A stretch of 63,997 bases of DNA, the filler included, from Vicugna vicugna (lineage: Eukaryota): the NCBI GenBank assembly GCA_013265495.1. It is 79 parts of 74 records of this genome, joined end to end, with 100 filler letters (N's around TTAATTAATTAA, not from the genome) between each part and the next. Parts side by side here need not be neighbours in the genome. Positions count along the whole stretch, not along the records: positions 38,051 to 38,892 come from MU061031.1; positions 38,993 to 39,463 come from MU061032.1; positions 39,564 to 40,059 come from MU061033.1; positions 40,160 to 40,755 come from MU061033.1; positions 40,856 to 42,001 come from MU061034.1; positions 42,102 to 42,868 come from MU061035.1; positions 42,969 to 43,652 come from MU061036.1; positions 43,753 to 44,464 come from MU061037.1; 71 more parts are not named here. One strand, 5' to 3'. Within the stretch, counting starts at the first letter, position 1. The number at the start of each line of letters is the position of its first letter. Positions 38,051 to 50,510 of this stretch are shown here, in pieces. The position numbers were made by a program, and so were the translations under genes. Under the pieces are notes generated by a model. That model worked only from the letters and a program-made list of their open reading frames with translations, ran no database searches and was not told the origin of the DNA.

Positions 38051-38892
38051 AGAATACTCAATATAGAATTTAGAAAATTAATGCAGAACATAGAACTTAG
38101 AATATAGAATTCAGGATAATGTATATAGAATTAAGAATATAGAATGATTAACACAGAATATATAATATAGACAACGGAATCGAGAATATAGGAGGTAGAA
38201 TATAGAATGAAGAACACAAAATATAGAATATAGACTACGGAATCCAGAATTAGATGGTAGAATATAGAATGAAGAACACTAATATAGAATATATAATAGT
38301 GAATATAGAACCCAAAACTTAGAACAAGGAAAGCAGAACACAGAATTTAGAATATAGAATGTAGAACAGAAAATAGAATATAGAATACGGAATACTGAAT
38401 ATAGAATTTAGAATATAGAATTCAGAATATAGAATGAAGAACACTAATATAGAATATATAATAGTGAATATAGAACCCAAAACTTAGAACAAGGAAAGCA
38501 GAACACAGAATTTAGAATATAAAATAGAGAATACTTAATATAAAATTTAGAATACAGAATGTTGAACACAGAGTATAGAATATAGAATACGGAATACTGA
38601 ATATAGAATTTAGAATATAGAATGTAGAACAGAAAATAGAATANNNNNNNNNNNNNNNNNNNNNNNNNNNNNNNNNNNNNNNNNNNNNNNNNNNNNNNNN
38701 NNNNNNNNNNNNNNNNNNNNNNNNNNNNNNNNNNNNNNNNNNNNNNNNNNNNNNNNNNNNNNNNNNNNNNNNNNNNNAGAATATAGAGAATACTGAATAT
38801 AGAATTTAGAATATAGAATGTAGAACACAGAATTTAGATTATATAATAAATACTGAATATAGAATTTAGAATATAGAATAAAGAACACAGAA
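38051..38892 (+). repeat. SatE heptamer satellite
   Basis: AGAATAT variants; local 165-bp duplication. Confidence 0.95.
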
Positions 38893-38992
38893 NNNNNNNN
38901 NNNNNNNNNNNNNNNNNNNNNNNNNNNNNNNNNNNNTTAATTAATTAANNNNNNNNNNNNNNNNNNNNNNNNNNNNNNNNNNNNNNNNNNNN

Positions 38993-39410
38993 TTTTACTT
39001 TCCTTTTTTTCCCAGCTTTATTGAGAAATCACTGGCTTGCATCACTGTAAAAGTTGAAGGTATACAGCAGGATGGTTTGATTTACAGAGATCGTGAAATC
39101 ATTACCACAAAAACTTCAGCTAACATCCATCTTCTTGTATAGATACAATTAAAATAAAAGAAAGAAGAGAAAAAAGGAAAAAAAATCTTTGTGATGAGAA
39201 CCCTTAGGATTTATCCTCTTAACCACTTTCCTATACGTCATCATAGAGNNNNNNNNNNNNNNNNNNNNNNNNNNNNNNNNNNNNNNNNNNNNNNNNNNNN
39301 NNNNNNNNNNNNNNNNNNNNNNNNNNNNNNNNNNNNNNNNNNNNNNNNNNNNNNCAATTTCCTCCTGCTCTCCAATTCTGATGACCACAAGTCTGATCTT
39401 TTTTTCTATG
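38993..39410 (-). mobile_element. LINE-1 3'UTR (L1MA9-like)
   Basis: cccagctttattgaga..gtgatgagaacccttaggatttatcctcttaac..tgaccacaagtctgatct. Confidence 0.8.
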
Positions 39411-40159
39411 ATCAATTCACTTTTATTATTTATTTATTTTTAAAAATTTAAATATATATTTATNNNNNNNNNNNNNNNNNNNNNNNNNNNNNNNNNNNNN
39501 NNNNNNNTTAATTAATTAANNNNNNNNNNNNNNNNNNNNNNNNNNNNNNNNNNNNNNNNNNNNCCCCGGGCAAATTCCCCAGTCTCTCTGTGCCACGGGG
39601 ATGACTGCATCATAGCGCATTTGCTTCTGTGAAGGCTAAGTGAGGCGAGACATTCAAAAAGTAAACAAAAACAAAAACAAAAAACCCCATACATATGAAA
39701 ATGCCGTTTAACATCCTGACTGGGATCTACAGCAAGGTGGGGTCCTGGGGCTGGAGGGCCCCTTCTCGCTGGCGGCACTGGAACGGCCTCCCAGTTCCTG
39801 AAATGGGTGCACTGTGGTGCCCAGACGCAGGACACGCTTGCGGCGCAAAGAGCAGAGTCCAGCTTTCACGCCTACAGGAGGCGCGGGGTCAGAATCCTTG
39901 CGGTGGGAGGGCGGAAGCAAGATGCTGTAGTCACTGCCTCTTCACCCCACGGGTGCGGGGTGGCTGACCCCACAACGCTGGCCCTGGGCAGAGGAAGGAC
40001 GCCCGCCGCAGGTTGCCGGTCACTTAAGCCCTCAGGGCAGGGAGGAGGCTCCGCACACTNNNNNNNNNNNNNNNNNNNNNNNNNNNNNNNNNNNNNNNNN
40101 NNNTTAATTAATTAANNNNNNNNNNNNNNNNNNNNNNNNNNNNNNNNNNNNNNNNNNNN

Positions 40160-40470
40160 CTGGGGTCTTAGGCTGCGTGTCGCACAAGCAGACCTTGAGA
40201 TAAAACGTCATGTCATGCCCTAGCCACCTGCTAGGGAAAGTTCCCTGACCAAAGGGAGTGGTCACATAGGGAAGGGGTGAGGCAAAGATGTGCTGTCAAG
40301 TCAGGACCCTCCTGAGGGTCCCTGTGGCCGAATTCCTCAGCAGACATCGTGGGATCCAGGAGGTCACCCTGGGGACTCTGGGTGGGGGAGCGGCGGTGGG
40401 GGGAAGTAAGAGAACTGGGCTGTCGGAGCATCGAGGATGGTGCCGTGGATACACCACCTGCCACACACAT
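40160..40470. mobile_element. Possible MLT1 (MaLR) LTR remnant
   Basis: tcttaggctg..aagcagaccttgagata resembles an MLT1 terminus. Confidence 0.35.
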
Positions 40471-41039
40471 CTGATAAACGGATTCAGACCCTATTTGTAC
40501 CCTGGTGGTAGAGACGAACAGACATTCCTGAATGTCTGTTCAGCCCTCCGAACATTCTAAGAAATATGCACAGACATCTATGATGACCCCGTTCTGAGGG
40601 CGGCTCTAAGGGTCCCTCGAAAGGATGTGTTGGGGGTGGGGAGAGGGGGGCGGGGAGGACGGAATTCCCGGAGGATGAATAACAACAAGGCTGATCCGGT
40701 GCCTCCAGGACTTCACTTGCTTCTAGGCACAGGTTACTGAAGACAAGCCAAGCAGNNNNNNNNNNNNNNNNNNNNNNNNNNNNNNNNNNNNNNNNNNNNT
40801 TAATTAATTAANNNNNNNNNNNNNNNNNNNNNNNNNNNNNNNNNNNNNNNNNNNNTGGCCAATGTTGGCATTTCAAGGGGTAACATCCCTCTCTAGGAGA
40901 TTACAAAAGGAAAGAAACCAAATATATATATTTAGGTTTGATTCCAAAAGCAACTAGTGGCTTTATAGCTAGGAGAACCCTGCTGCAGTTATGCTAGTCT
41001 ATTGAGAACCAGGTGTTCTTCTATCAGTGATGAGAACGC

Positions 41040-42001
41040 TTAATCATCCGATCATGTTGGGTAAAACCATTTAACGCAACCAAGTCTGCACCCCCATGAT
41101 ATAGTGGCCCCGGGGGCTTGACTCAAGTGAAAGACGATCCACATAAACTGTGTCTTTAATATCATTGGCGACTTTTACTGTACAGTTCACTTTCTGACTT
41201 GTACTATTTACATATACTGTCTTGAAAAACTGAGGCCTAGTACAGATTCAAGTTCAGTCAAAGTTTCCCCTCACTTACCACACTCCCTTCACCCCAGGGA
41301 AGATATAAACACCACATTTGCTGAATGTAGCAGAAGGCCATCGTTTCTAGGTGTGAGCTAAGTATTCAATTCCTATCTATTTCAGCCGAGACTATTTAAC
41401 CTTTAAGGAGTTCACTGTTGTTCACAGAGTGTGAAGCTGGAGGAACTCTGATTCTAGGAGGGACTTGCCCTTCTCCTAATGGCTTCATTGNNNNNNNNNN
41501 NNNNNNNNNNNNNNNNNNNNNNNNNNNNNNNNNNNNNNNNNNNNNNNNNNNNNNNNNNNNNNNNNNNNNNNNNNNNNNNNNNNNNNNNNNNNNNNNNNNN
41601 NNNNNNNNNNNNNNNNNNNNNNNNNNNNNNNNNNNNNNNNNNNNNNNNNNNNNNNNNNNNNNNNNNNNNNNNNNNNNNNNNNNNNNNNNNNNNNNNNNNN
41701 NNNNNNNNNNNNNNNNNNNNNNNNNNNNNNNNNNNNNNNNNNNNNNNNNNNNNNNNNNNNNNNNNNNNNNNNNNNNNNNNNNNNNNNNNNNNNNNNNNNN
41801 NNNNNNNNNNNNNNNNNNNNNNNNNNNNNNNNNNNNNNNATTCTCCATTGTAGCAGAACATCTCTCATCCATGTGTTCGCATCTCTCCTCAATCCGTGCA
41901 GCCAGCTTTTCGGCCAGCTTCTCTTCGTGTCTCCCATAAAGTCGACTTCTCCAGGGCTGGGCAAGTCTGAAAGTACCTTGGAGCCTCACCAGTAAGCTGA
42001 T
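41040..42001 (-). mobile_element. ERV-L-like gag-pro remnant (lineage 1, copy 2)
   Basis: An open 54-codon stretch ISLLVRLQ..CSATMEN, a 349-N gap, then PLGEGQVPPR (cf. ERV-L RGGQVPLR at the gag/pro junction) and SPRGHYIMGVQ (cf. protease end SPVPECIIGID). Confidence 0.45.
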
Positions 42002-42101
42002 NNNNNNNNNNNNNNNNNNNNNNNNNNNNNNNNNNNNNNNNNNNNTTAATTAATTAANNNNNNNNNNNNNNNNNNNNNNNNNNNNNNNNNNNNNNNNNNN
42101 N

Positions 42102-42868
42102 GCTTTCACACACACTTATCTCTGAGAACTAAGCATGTGGAGAGACATTTTTTTAATCCAGCACAAAGGGAACGGGATGCAGGAGAAACCCTTACTCTGG
42201 TTTCTCAGTCTGTTTCCTAGTGCCGGTTTGAAGTGCCTGCCGTTTTCACTGTAAAACCGAGTTGGAGCTTGTACCTCCCCATATATATGTATGGAGTGGA
42301 NNNNNNNNNNNNNACTTTGTGTTCCCTTCAAGCTAGGTGAAGGCCGGCTTTCACACACACTTATCTCTCAGAACTGAGCATGTGGAGAGACGTTCGTTCA
42401 TCCAGCACAAAGGGAACGGGTTGCAGGAGAAACCCTTTCTCTGGTTTCTCAGTCTGTTTCCTAGTGCCGGTTTGAAGTGCCTGCCGTTTTCACTGTAAAA
42501 CCGAGTTGAAGCTTGTACCTCCCCATATATATGTATGAAGTGGTGTTTGAAACTGAAATGAAACTTTGTGTTCCCTTCAAGATAATTGAAGGATGTCTTT
42601 CACACACAATTATCTCTCAGAACTGAGCATGTGGAGAGACGTTGGTTCATCCAGCACAAAGGGAACGGGTTGCAGGAGGAATCCTTACTCTGGTTTCTCC
42701 GTCTGTTTCCTAGTGCCGGTTTGAAGTGCCTGCCGTTTTCACTGTAAAACCGAGTTGGAGCTTGTACCTCCCCATATATATTTTGGGATTGGATTTTGCA
42801 ACTTAAAAGAAACTTTGTGTTCACTTCAAGCAAGGTGAAGAACGGCTTTCACACACACTTATCTCTCA
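42102..42868 (+). repeat. SatC array, 249-bp period
   Basis: ctttcacacac at 42348, 42597 and 42846. Confidence 0.97.
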
Positions 42869-42968
42869 NNNNNNNNNNNNNNNNNNNNNNNNNNNNNNNN
42901 NNNNNNNNNNNNTTAATTAATTAANNNNNNNNNNNNNNNNNNNNNNNNNNNNNNNNNNNNNNNNNNNN

Positions 42969-43652
42969 AACTCCAGCACACACACGAAAAACTATTCGGC
43001 TATCCTAAGTGTGAGGAGGCTCTTCAAAATGACGGCAGCACCTGGGATCTAATAGAATCTCTTGGATTGACATCCCTGATTGATTCCTTTGGCCGTGATG
43101 TGAGTTAAGGTGGGATTGGGCACTAAACCAAAGTAATAGCGAGTGCCTCTCTATGAGCAGTGGNNNNNNNNNNNNNNNNNNNNNNNNNNNNNNNNNNNNN
43201 NNNNNCCCACCTCCAGGACACACATGAAGAACTTTTCTGGTATTCTGAGTGTGGGGAGGCTCCTCCAACTGACAGCAGCACCTGGGATCTAATAGAATCA
43301 CTTGGCTTGACTTCCCTGAGTGTTTCCATAGGCCGGGCTGTGAGCGAAGGTGTGGTTGGACACTAAACCAAAGTAATAGCGAGTGCCTCTCTATGAGATG
43401 TGGAAGTGTTTAACTACATCCCCAATCTGGGAACACCTGTGCCCCAGAAAGATGCGTGGACTGTGTTTCCCTCCTCCAGGACACACACGACATTGGGTTC
43501 AGATGTCTTCAGTGTGCGGAGGTTCTTCCCACAAACAGCAGCGCCTGGGTTCTAATACAATACCTTAACTTGTCTGCCATGATGGATTGTAAAGGCCGGT
43601 GTGAAGAGGAAAGTTGGGATTTGGCTCTAAACCAAGAATTAGCGAGAGCCTA
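42969..43652 (+). repeat. SatA array
   Basis: Three copies of the cagca.cctggg.tctaata core. Confidence 0.9.
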
Positions 43653-43752
43653 NNNNNNNNNNNNNNNNNNNNNNNNNNNNNNNNNNNNNNNNNNNNTTAA
43701 TTAATTAANNNNNNNNNNNNNNNNNNNNNNNNNNNNNNNNNNNNNNNNNNNN

Positions 43753-44464
43753 CAGAACTGAGCATGTGGAGAGGCGTTCGTTCATCCAGCACAAAAGAAT
43801 GGGTTGTAGGAGAAACCCTTACACTGGTTTCTCAGTCTGTTTCCTAGTGCCGGTTTGAAGTGCCTGCCGTTTTCACTGTAAAACCGAGTTGGAGCTTGTA
43901 CTTCCCCATATATATGTATGGAGTGGAGTTGGCAACTGAAAAGAAACTTTGTGTTCCCTTCAAGCTATGTGAAGGACGGCTTTCACACACACTTATCTCT
44001 CAGAACTGAGCATGAGGAGAGACGTTATTTCATCCAGCACAAATGGAAAGGGTTGCAGGAATAACCCTTACTCTGGTTACTCAGTCTGTTTCCTAGTGCC
44101 GGTTTGAAGTGCCTGCCGTTTTCACTGTAAAACCGAGTTGGAGCTTGTACCTCCCCATATATATGTATGGAGTGGAGTTGGCAACTGAAAAGANNNNNNN
44201 NNNNNNNNNNNNNNNNNNNNNNNNNNNNNNNNNNNNNNNNNNNNNNNNNNNNNNNNNNNNNNNNNNTTCATCCAGCACAAAGGGAACGTGTTGCAGGAGA
44301 AACCCTTACTCTGGTTTCTCTGTCTGTTTCCTAGAGCCGGTTTGAAGTGCCTGCCGTTTTCACTGTAAAACCGAGTTGGAGCCAATACCTCCCCATATAT
44401 ATGTATGGACTGGAGTTTACAACTGAAAAAAACTTTGTTTTCCCTTCAAGCTAGGTGAAGGACG
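43753..44464 (+). repeat. SatC array
   Basis: cagaactgag at 43753 and 44001 (period 248). Confidence 0.96.
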
Positions 44465-44564
44465 NNNNNNNNNNNNNNNNNNNNNNNNNNNNNNNNNNNN
44501 NNNNNNNNTTAATTAATTAANNNNNNNNNNNNNNNNNNNNNNNNNNNNNNNNNNNNNNNNNNNN

Positions 44565-45466
44565 CCTGGCAGAGAGAAATTAAGAAAACCCTCAGGGGAG
44601 ACGAGCTTAAGCTATCTGTTAGAACCCACGTGCTGCCGACCGTTGGTGGAACCTCCCCACGCTCAGGATTCCGGAAACATTTTCAGTGCGTGGGGGAGCT
44701 CGAGAGATAACTCCACGCAGCTCTCTTCAGTCACAGTTTTTCCCTGTTCGAAGAAGTCCGAGAAATACCTTCCCAGAACTTGGGGAGGCAGCCTCTGTCA
44801 CTGGGATATCCTGGAATCATCCCTAGCATTCCCTGGCACAGAGAAAGTAGGAAAACTCTCAGGGGAGACGCGCTTATGCATTCCGTTTCAACCCACGCAT
44901 TGCCGACCGTTGGTGGAACATCCCCATGCTCAGGATTCCGGAACCATTTTCAGTGCGTGAGGGAGCTCGAGAGACAACTCTACGCAGCTCTCTTCAGTCA
45001 CAGGTGTTCTCCGTTCAGGGAAGTTCGAGAAATAACTTCCCTGACATTGGGGAGGCAGCTACTGTCACAGGGATATCCTGCAATCTCCCCAAGCATTCCC
45101 TGGCACAGAGACATTAGGAAAATCCTCAGGGGAGACGAGCTTAGGCATTCCGTTAGAACCCACGCGCTGCCGACCGTTGGTGGAACCTCCCCAAGCTCAG
45201 GATTCCGGAACCATTGTCAGTGCGTGGGGGAGCTCGAGAGACAACTCCACGCAGCTCTCTTCAGTCACAGGTGTTCTCCGTTCAGGGAAGTTCGAGAAAT
45301 AACTTCCCTGACATTGGGGAGGCAGCCTCTGTCACTGGGATATCCTGCAACCCCCCCTAGCATCCCTGGCATAGAGAAATTAGGAAAACCCTCACGGGAG
45401 ACGAGCTTAGGCATTCCTTTTGAACCTACGCGCTGCCGACCGTTGGTGGAACCTCCCCAAGCTCAG
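44565..45466 (-). repeat. SatB array, 267-bp period
   Basis: cgttggtggaac at 44641, 44908, 45175 and 45441. Confidence 0.97.
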
Positions 45467-45855
45467 NNNNNNNNNNNNNNNNNNNNNNNNNNNNNNNNNN
45501 NNNNNNNNNNTTAATTAATTAANNNNNNNNNNNNNNNNNNNNNNNNNNNNNNNNNNNNNNNNNNNNTAGTTTCCCTCCGCTGCCCTTCTCCCCCTTTAAA
45601 CTTGCACTATTTCCCCGGTAAGGGTGTAGCCCCCGGAACAGACTGCCCGTATCTTCTGTGTATCCCTGGATACATGACTTACCCTTAGGAGGCCAGAAAA
45701 ACAACTGCCTCCTCCCAAGTCACTAACAATGTTCTTAAGAGTCTGGGTTTTTTTANNNNNNNNNNNNNNNNNNNNNNNNNNNNNNNNNNNNNNNNNNNNT
45801 TAATTAATTAANNNNNNNNNNNNNNNNNNNNNNNNNNNNNNNNNNNNNNNNNNNN

Positions 45856-46150
45856 TTCTATATTCTATATTTTGTGTATATCGTTCTATATTCTATATTC
45901 TATATTCTGCATTCCGTAGTCTATAATCTATATTCTGTGTTTTACTTTGTATATTCTAAATTCTATATTCAGTATTCTGTTTTCTATATTCTATATTCTG
46001 TGTTCTGCATTCCATGTTCTAAATTCTGGATTTTGTATTCTGTTTTCCATATTCTGTATTCTGTGTTCTACAGTCTATAATCTGTATTCTTTATTCTTCA
46101 TTCCGTATTCTGTATTCTGTGTTCTACATTGTATATTCTAAATCCTATAT
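45856..46150 (-). repeat. SatE heptamer satellite
   Basis: ATATTCT variants. Confidence 0.93.
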
Positions 46151-46250
46151 NNNNNNNNNNNNNNNNNNNNNNNNNNNNNNNNNNNNNNNNNNNNTTAATT
46201 AATTAANNNNNNNNNNNNNNNNNNNNNNNNNNNNNNNNNNNNNNNNNNNN

Positions 46251-47062
46251 GTGTTCTGCATTCCATGTTCTAAATTCTGTGTTCTATATTCTCTAGTCTA
46301 TATTGTATATACTGTGTTCTACATTCTATATTCTTTATTCAATATTCTGCATTCCGTTATCTACATTCCATATTCTGTGTTCTACATTCTATATTCTAAA
46401 TTTGAAATTCATTATTCTGTATTCTATATTCTAAATTCTGTGTTCTTCATTTCATGTTCTCAATTCTGGGTTTTGTATTGTGTTTTCCATATTCTATATT
46501 CTGTGTTCTATATTCTATCTTCTGTATTCTATATTCTGCATTCCGTATTCTATATTCTATATTCTGTGTTCTATACTCTATATTCTGTATTCAATATTCT
46601 ACATTCCGTGTACTACATTCCATATTCTGTGTTCTACATTCTATATTCTAAATTCGAAATTCAGTATTCTGTATCCTGTATATAACTTCTGTGTTCTACA
46701 TTGTATATTCATATTGTATATTCAGTATTCGGTGTTCTATATTTTAAATTCTGTGTACTGCATTCCATGTTCTAAATTTTTGTTCCATATTCTGTATTCT
46801 ATATTCTATATTCTGTGTTCTACATTCTATGTTCTAAATTCTGTATTCAGTATTCTGTATTCTATATACTAAATTCTGTGTTCATTCTAAATTCTATATT
46901 CAGTAATCTGTATTCAATATTCTAAATTCTGTGTTCTGCATTCCATGTTCTAAATTCCGGGTTCTATATTCTACTTTCCATATTCTACATTCTGTGTTCT
47001 ATATTGTATATTCTGTGTACAATATTCTGCATTCCGTATTCTACATTACATATTCTGTGTTC
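46251..47062 (-). repeat. SatE heptamer satellite
   Basis: ATATTCT variants. Confidence 0.95.
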
Positions 47063-47162
47063 NNNNNNNNNNNNNNNNNNNNNNNNNNNNNNNNNNNNNN
47101 NNNNNNTTAATTAATTAANNNNNNNNNNNNNNNNNNNNNNNNNNNNNNNNNNNNNNNNNNNN

Positions 47163-47985
47163 GTCAACTTTGTGACACATTTAGATTTTTCCTTATCTCA
47201 GTCAATGAGTTTACCTATACTACTCAGCTCTTCTTTATAGATTTCATTTCATTTTTGACATATTTTATATCTCTAAACACTATCTTTTATTTCCTTCAGT
47301 AATTTGATCACTCCTTTTTAAGAATCTTGATCAAGTAAGCTATCAATGTCTATTTCACTGATCATCCTTTCAGGGGATTTCTCTTGTTCTTTTAATTGTG
47401 AATGGCTTCTCTGCTTCTTCATCTTGCTCCTACCTCTCTGGCACTGTGGTTTATGGAGTAAGAGATATCTAATGTGGTCCTAAGGGAGTTCCTCTACCTA
47501 GTGTCTATGTAGTAATACAACTTAGAAAAGAGAAAAAAGAGAGAGAGAGACAAGGAATTTTAAAAAGGGGAAATAAATTTTTGAAGACATTGTATAATGC
47601 ATAATAGAAGAGCAAGTTGAAGCAGGGTGATGAAAAANNNNNNNNNNNNNNNNNNNNNNNNNNNNNNNNNNNNNNNNNNNNNNNNNNNNNNNNNNNNNNN
47701 NNNNNNNNNNNNNNNNNNNNNNNNNNNNNNNNNNNNNNACAGGTAAAAACAGATTAAAACAACGAGGTGGTCTGTGTCCTCCTGGAGACTGTGTTCATTT
47801 AATGTGAAGTCTTTCTGTATTCATCCTATTTTGGAAGCTCATCTTCCTGTTTTCAGAGGCCCTCCACTGGAGCCCTCAACTGTGCCGCTCCCAGTGCTTG
47901 TCGGCAAGCAGATTGCTCCTACCCCAAACACTGCATCCGGAGCAGATCTCTTTACTTTGGGCTGGCTTGTCACTGCCCCGCCTGA
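47163..47985 (-). mobile_element. LINE-1 5'UTR and disrupted ORF1 N-terminus
   Basis: From the ATG at 47422 it reads MKKQRSHSQLKEQEKSPERMISEIDIDSLLDQDS*KGVIKLLKEIK; same family as 1858-2330. Confidence 0.85.
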
Positions 47986-48085
47986 NNNNNNNNNNNNNNN
48001 NNNNNNNNNNNNNNNNNNNNNNNNNNNNNTTAATTAATTAANNNNNNNNNNNNNNNNNNNNNNNNNNNNNNNNNNNNNNNNNNNN

Positions 48086-48303
48086 CTCCTCCTCCACATC
48101 CTCCTCCTCCACATCCTCCTCCACCTCCACATCCTCTTCCTTCACATCCTCCTCCTCCTCATCCTCCTCCTCCTCCACCACATTCTCCTCCTCCACATCC
48201 TACTCCTCCACATCGTCCTCCTCCACAACCTCCTCCTCCTCCACATCCTCCTCCTCCTCCACCTCCTCCTCCTCCTCCACCTCCTCCTCCTCCTCCACCA
48301 CCG
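48086..48303 (+). repeat. Imperfect (CCT/CCA/CAT)n trinucleotide tract
   Basis: Directly visible; truncated at the contig start. Confidence 0.92.
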
Positions 48304-48708
48304 CCGCACTCCCCTTCCTGGCCCCAGCAAAATTCCTTTTTAGGTACAGAAAGGTAGTACTGCTCTTCCTGGTCCTAGAAACCAGGAAAGAACTGAGCGT
48401 ACTTTGAGATTCCATCGAAAGAGTACTTCTGGCTCTTTTCATTAGAGGCTAAATGCGGCACAACTGGTAAATCTAATTCCAGCTTGATTTATCCAGTTAA
48501 TTCTCCATAATTCAACTCTTGAATTCATTGCAGGCTATCTGGAAGACTCGCAGCAATTACTTTCTTTGTTAACATTTGCGTATGAAGTAGCTTTAGTTAA
48601 ATATTATTNNNNNNNNNNNNNNNNNNNNNNNNNNNNNNNNNNNNNNNNNNNNTTAATTAATTAANNNNNNNNNNNNNNNNNNNNNNNNNNNNNNNNNNNN
48701 NNNNNNNN

Positions 48709-49666
48709 CCCTCTTCGAAAGACAAAGACGCCAAAAATCTGGTAGGAGAAGAGGATAAAAGAAAGAAGAAAAAGCAAAACAGTGAGGGACCAGTCCCACT
48801 GGAAGGGAGCGGCAAAGGAGGACTAGCGCTCATTCACTGGGTCTCCCCCTCTCCAATGGAGAGGCCAGCAGGATGGAGGGGGAGCCTCCGAGGCTCAAAT
48901 CTGCCCTGAGCACCCCTTGACCAACAGAACTAAGTTAAATGGGCACAAAGGGTCCCCATGACACCCAGCCTGAGACGCGAGCNNNNNNNNNNNNNNNNNN
49001 NNNNNNNNNNNNNNNNNNNNNNNNNNNNNNNNNNNNNNNNNNNNNNNNNNNNNNNNNNNNNNNNNNNNNNNNNNNNNNNNNNNNNNNNNNNNNNNNNNNN
49101 NNNNNNNNNNNNNNNNNNNNNNNNNNNNNNNNNNNNNNNNNNNNNNNNNNNNNNNNNNNNNNNNNNNNNNNNNNNNNNNNNNNNNNNNNNNNNNNNNNNN
49201 NNNNNNNNNNNNNNNNNNNNNNNNNNNNNNNNNNNNNNNNNNNNNNNNNNNNNNNNNNNNNNNNNNNNNNNNNNNNNNNNNNNNNNNNNNNNNNNNNNNN
49301 NNNNNNNNNNNNNNNNNNNNNNGGGGCTCTGCAACCTCCTAGGCAGGACTGAGATTTGTTTACAGCCCAAGGCAGATAGGATCTTTCTGCTCTGGCACCT
49401 CAGAGAACTTGCACCGGCAAGACAAACGAGGAGCTGAGATTTGGCACGGAGCAGGGGCAGGGCTGTTTGGCGGTCTTCCCTGAGCCCACCTACGGAGTTC
49501 CAACCCAAGGTGGAGGGGGCAGCAGCACAGAGCAGCAGACCAGTGCCAGGAGAGGGTGGGCAGCCACCCGCCTTCCTGGCAGGAACGCAGCACCTGGCCA
49601 CAGTGCTTGGGGGGGGGGCGTGATCTGCCCACCTGCCTCGCCTGAGCGCAGCATCTGACTGCAGCA
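48709..49666 (+). mobile_element. Probable LINE-1 GC-rich 5'UTR
   Basis: gggaccagtcccactggaagggagcggcaaaggagga..ggagggggagcctccgaggctc resembles cetartiodactyl L1 5' ends (recalled). Confidence 0.5.
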
Positions 49667-50392
49667 NNNNNNNNNNNNNNNNNNNNNNNNNNNNNNNNNN
49701 NNNNNNNNNNTTAATTAATTAANNNNNNNNNNNNNNNNNNNNNNNNNNNNNNNNNNNNNNNNNNNNCAAAATTCTGTGTTCCAACAGGGTTGGCGAAGGA
49801 TGGTTGGCACAAACATTCGGGTTTCTCTCCTCCTCACTCTTCTGCTAAGGGAACCATGCAGGTTGTCTATTCTGGAAGCCAAGGAAATTTTTTTCATTTA
49901 GGAGCAGCCTCGGAGAAAACTGAGGCCTGCTTCTGCTCCTTTACCCTGCTAGATTTCCTCTTGCTGCATTTCCAGATACTCACGTGTGAGTTCCTTTAAC
50001 CAAGTAATTATTTCAAGGAAAATAACTACTTCTTTTATATTCTTGTTGTTTTAATACCTCTCTTCCATCTCTTTATCTCCAGGTGTCTCATTTCTATGTC
50101 CTTTGGTTGGGGCTGAAGGCTAATCAGCAATACTGTAGAAATTATTGCTTGATATTACTGAACTATTTTCTTTCCATGAATATTTGAATAATCATTGGAT
50201 TTTAGGGACGATAGTTTCTTTAAAAAAATTCTGGTAATTATCTTGTGGGTGATTCTGATTCTCTTCCTCTAGAATTATGTTGCTTAATTTCTGAATAAGT
50301 GATGCTTTCACAGAGCTCAAAATTCCAAATGTTTGAGTGCCACCACTCTCCCGAAGCCTTTCAAACTTTTCCTTCGGGGCATTCAGAACTGC

Positions 50393-50410
50393 GTGTGTGT
50401 GTGTGTGTGT
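50393..50410 (+). repeat. (GT)n microsatellite at contig end
   Basis: Directly visible. Confidence 0.85.
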
Positions 50411-50510
50411 NNNNNNNNNNNNNNNNNNNNNNNNNNNNNNNNNNNNNNNNNNNNTTAATTAATTAANNNNNNNNNNNNNNNNNNNNNNNNNNNNNNNNNN
50501 NNNNNNNNNN

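Noticed and set aside
39695..39967. GC-rich 90-aa ORF or possible exon
   Set aside because: No recognisable homology; overlapping ORFs on both strands are expected at this GC content
44780..45514. 244-aa ORF with 89-aa repeats
   Set aside because: Arises because the 267-bp SatB monomer is divisible by 3 and GC-rich; other copies have stops or frameshifts, and there is no recognisable domain
46251..46872. Hydrophobic ILYSVFY-repeat ORFs resembling membrane proteins
   Set aside because: Translation of the stop-poor strand of the heptamer satellite
48200..48442. Glu-rich 80-aa ORF on the minus strand (and the Arg/Trp-rich alternative frame)
   Set aside because: Product of a trinucleotide tract; the frame is interrupted by a stop and no protein was recognised
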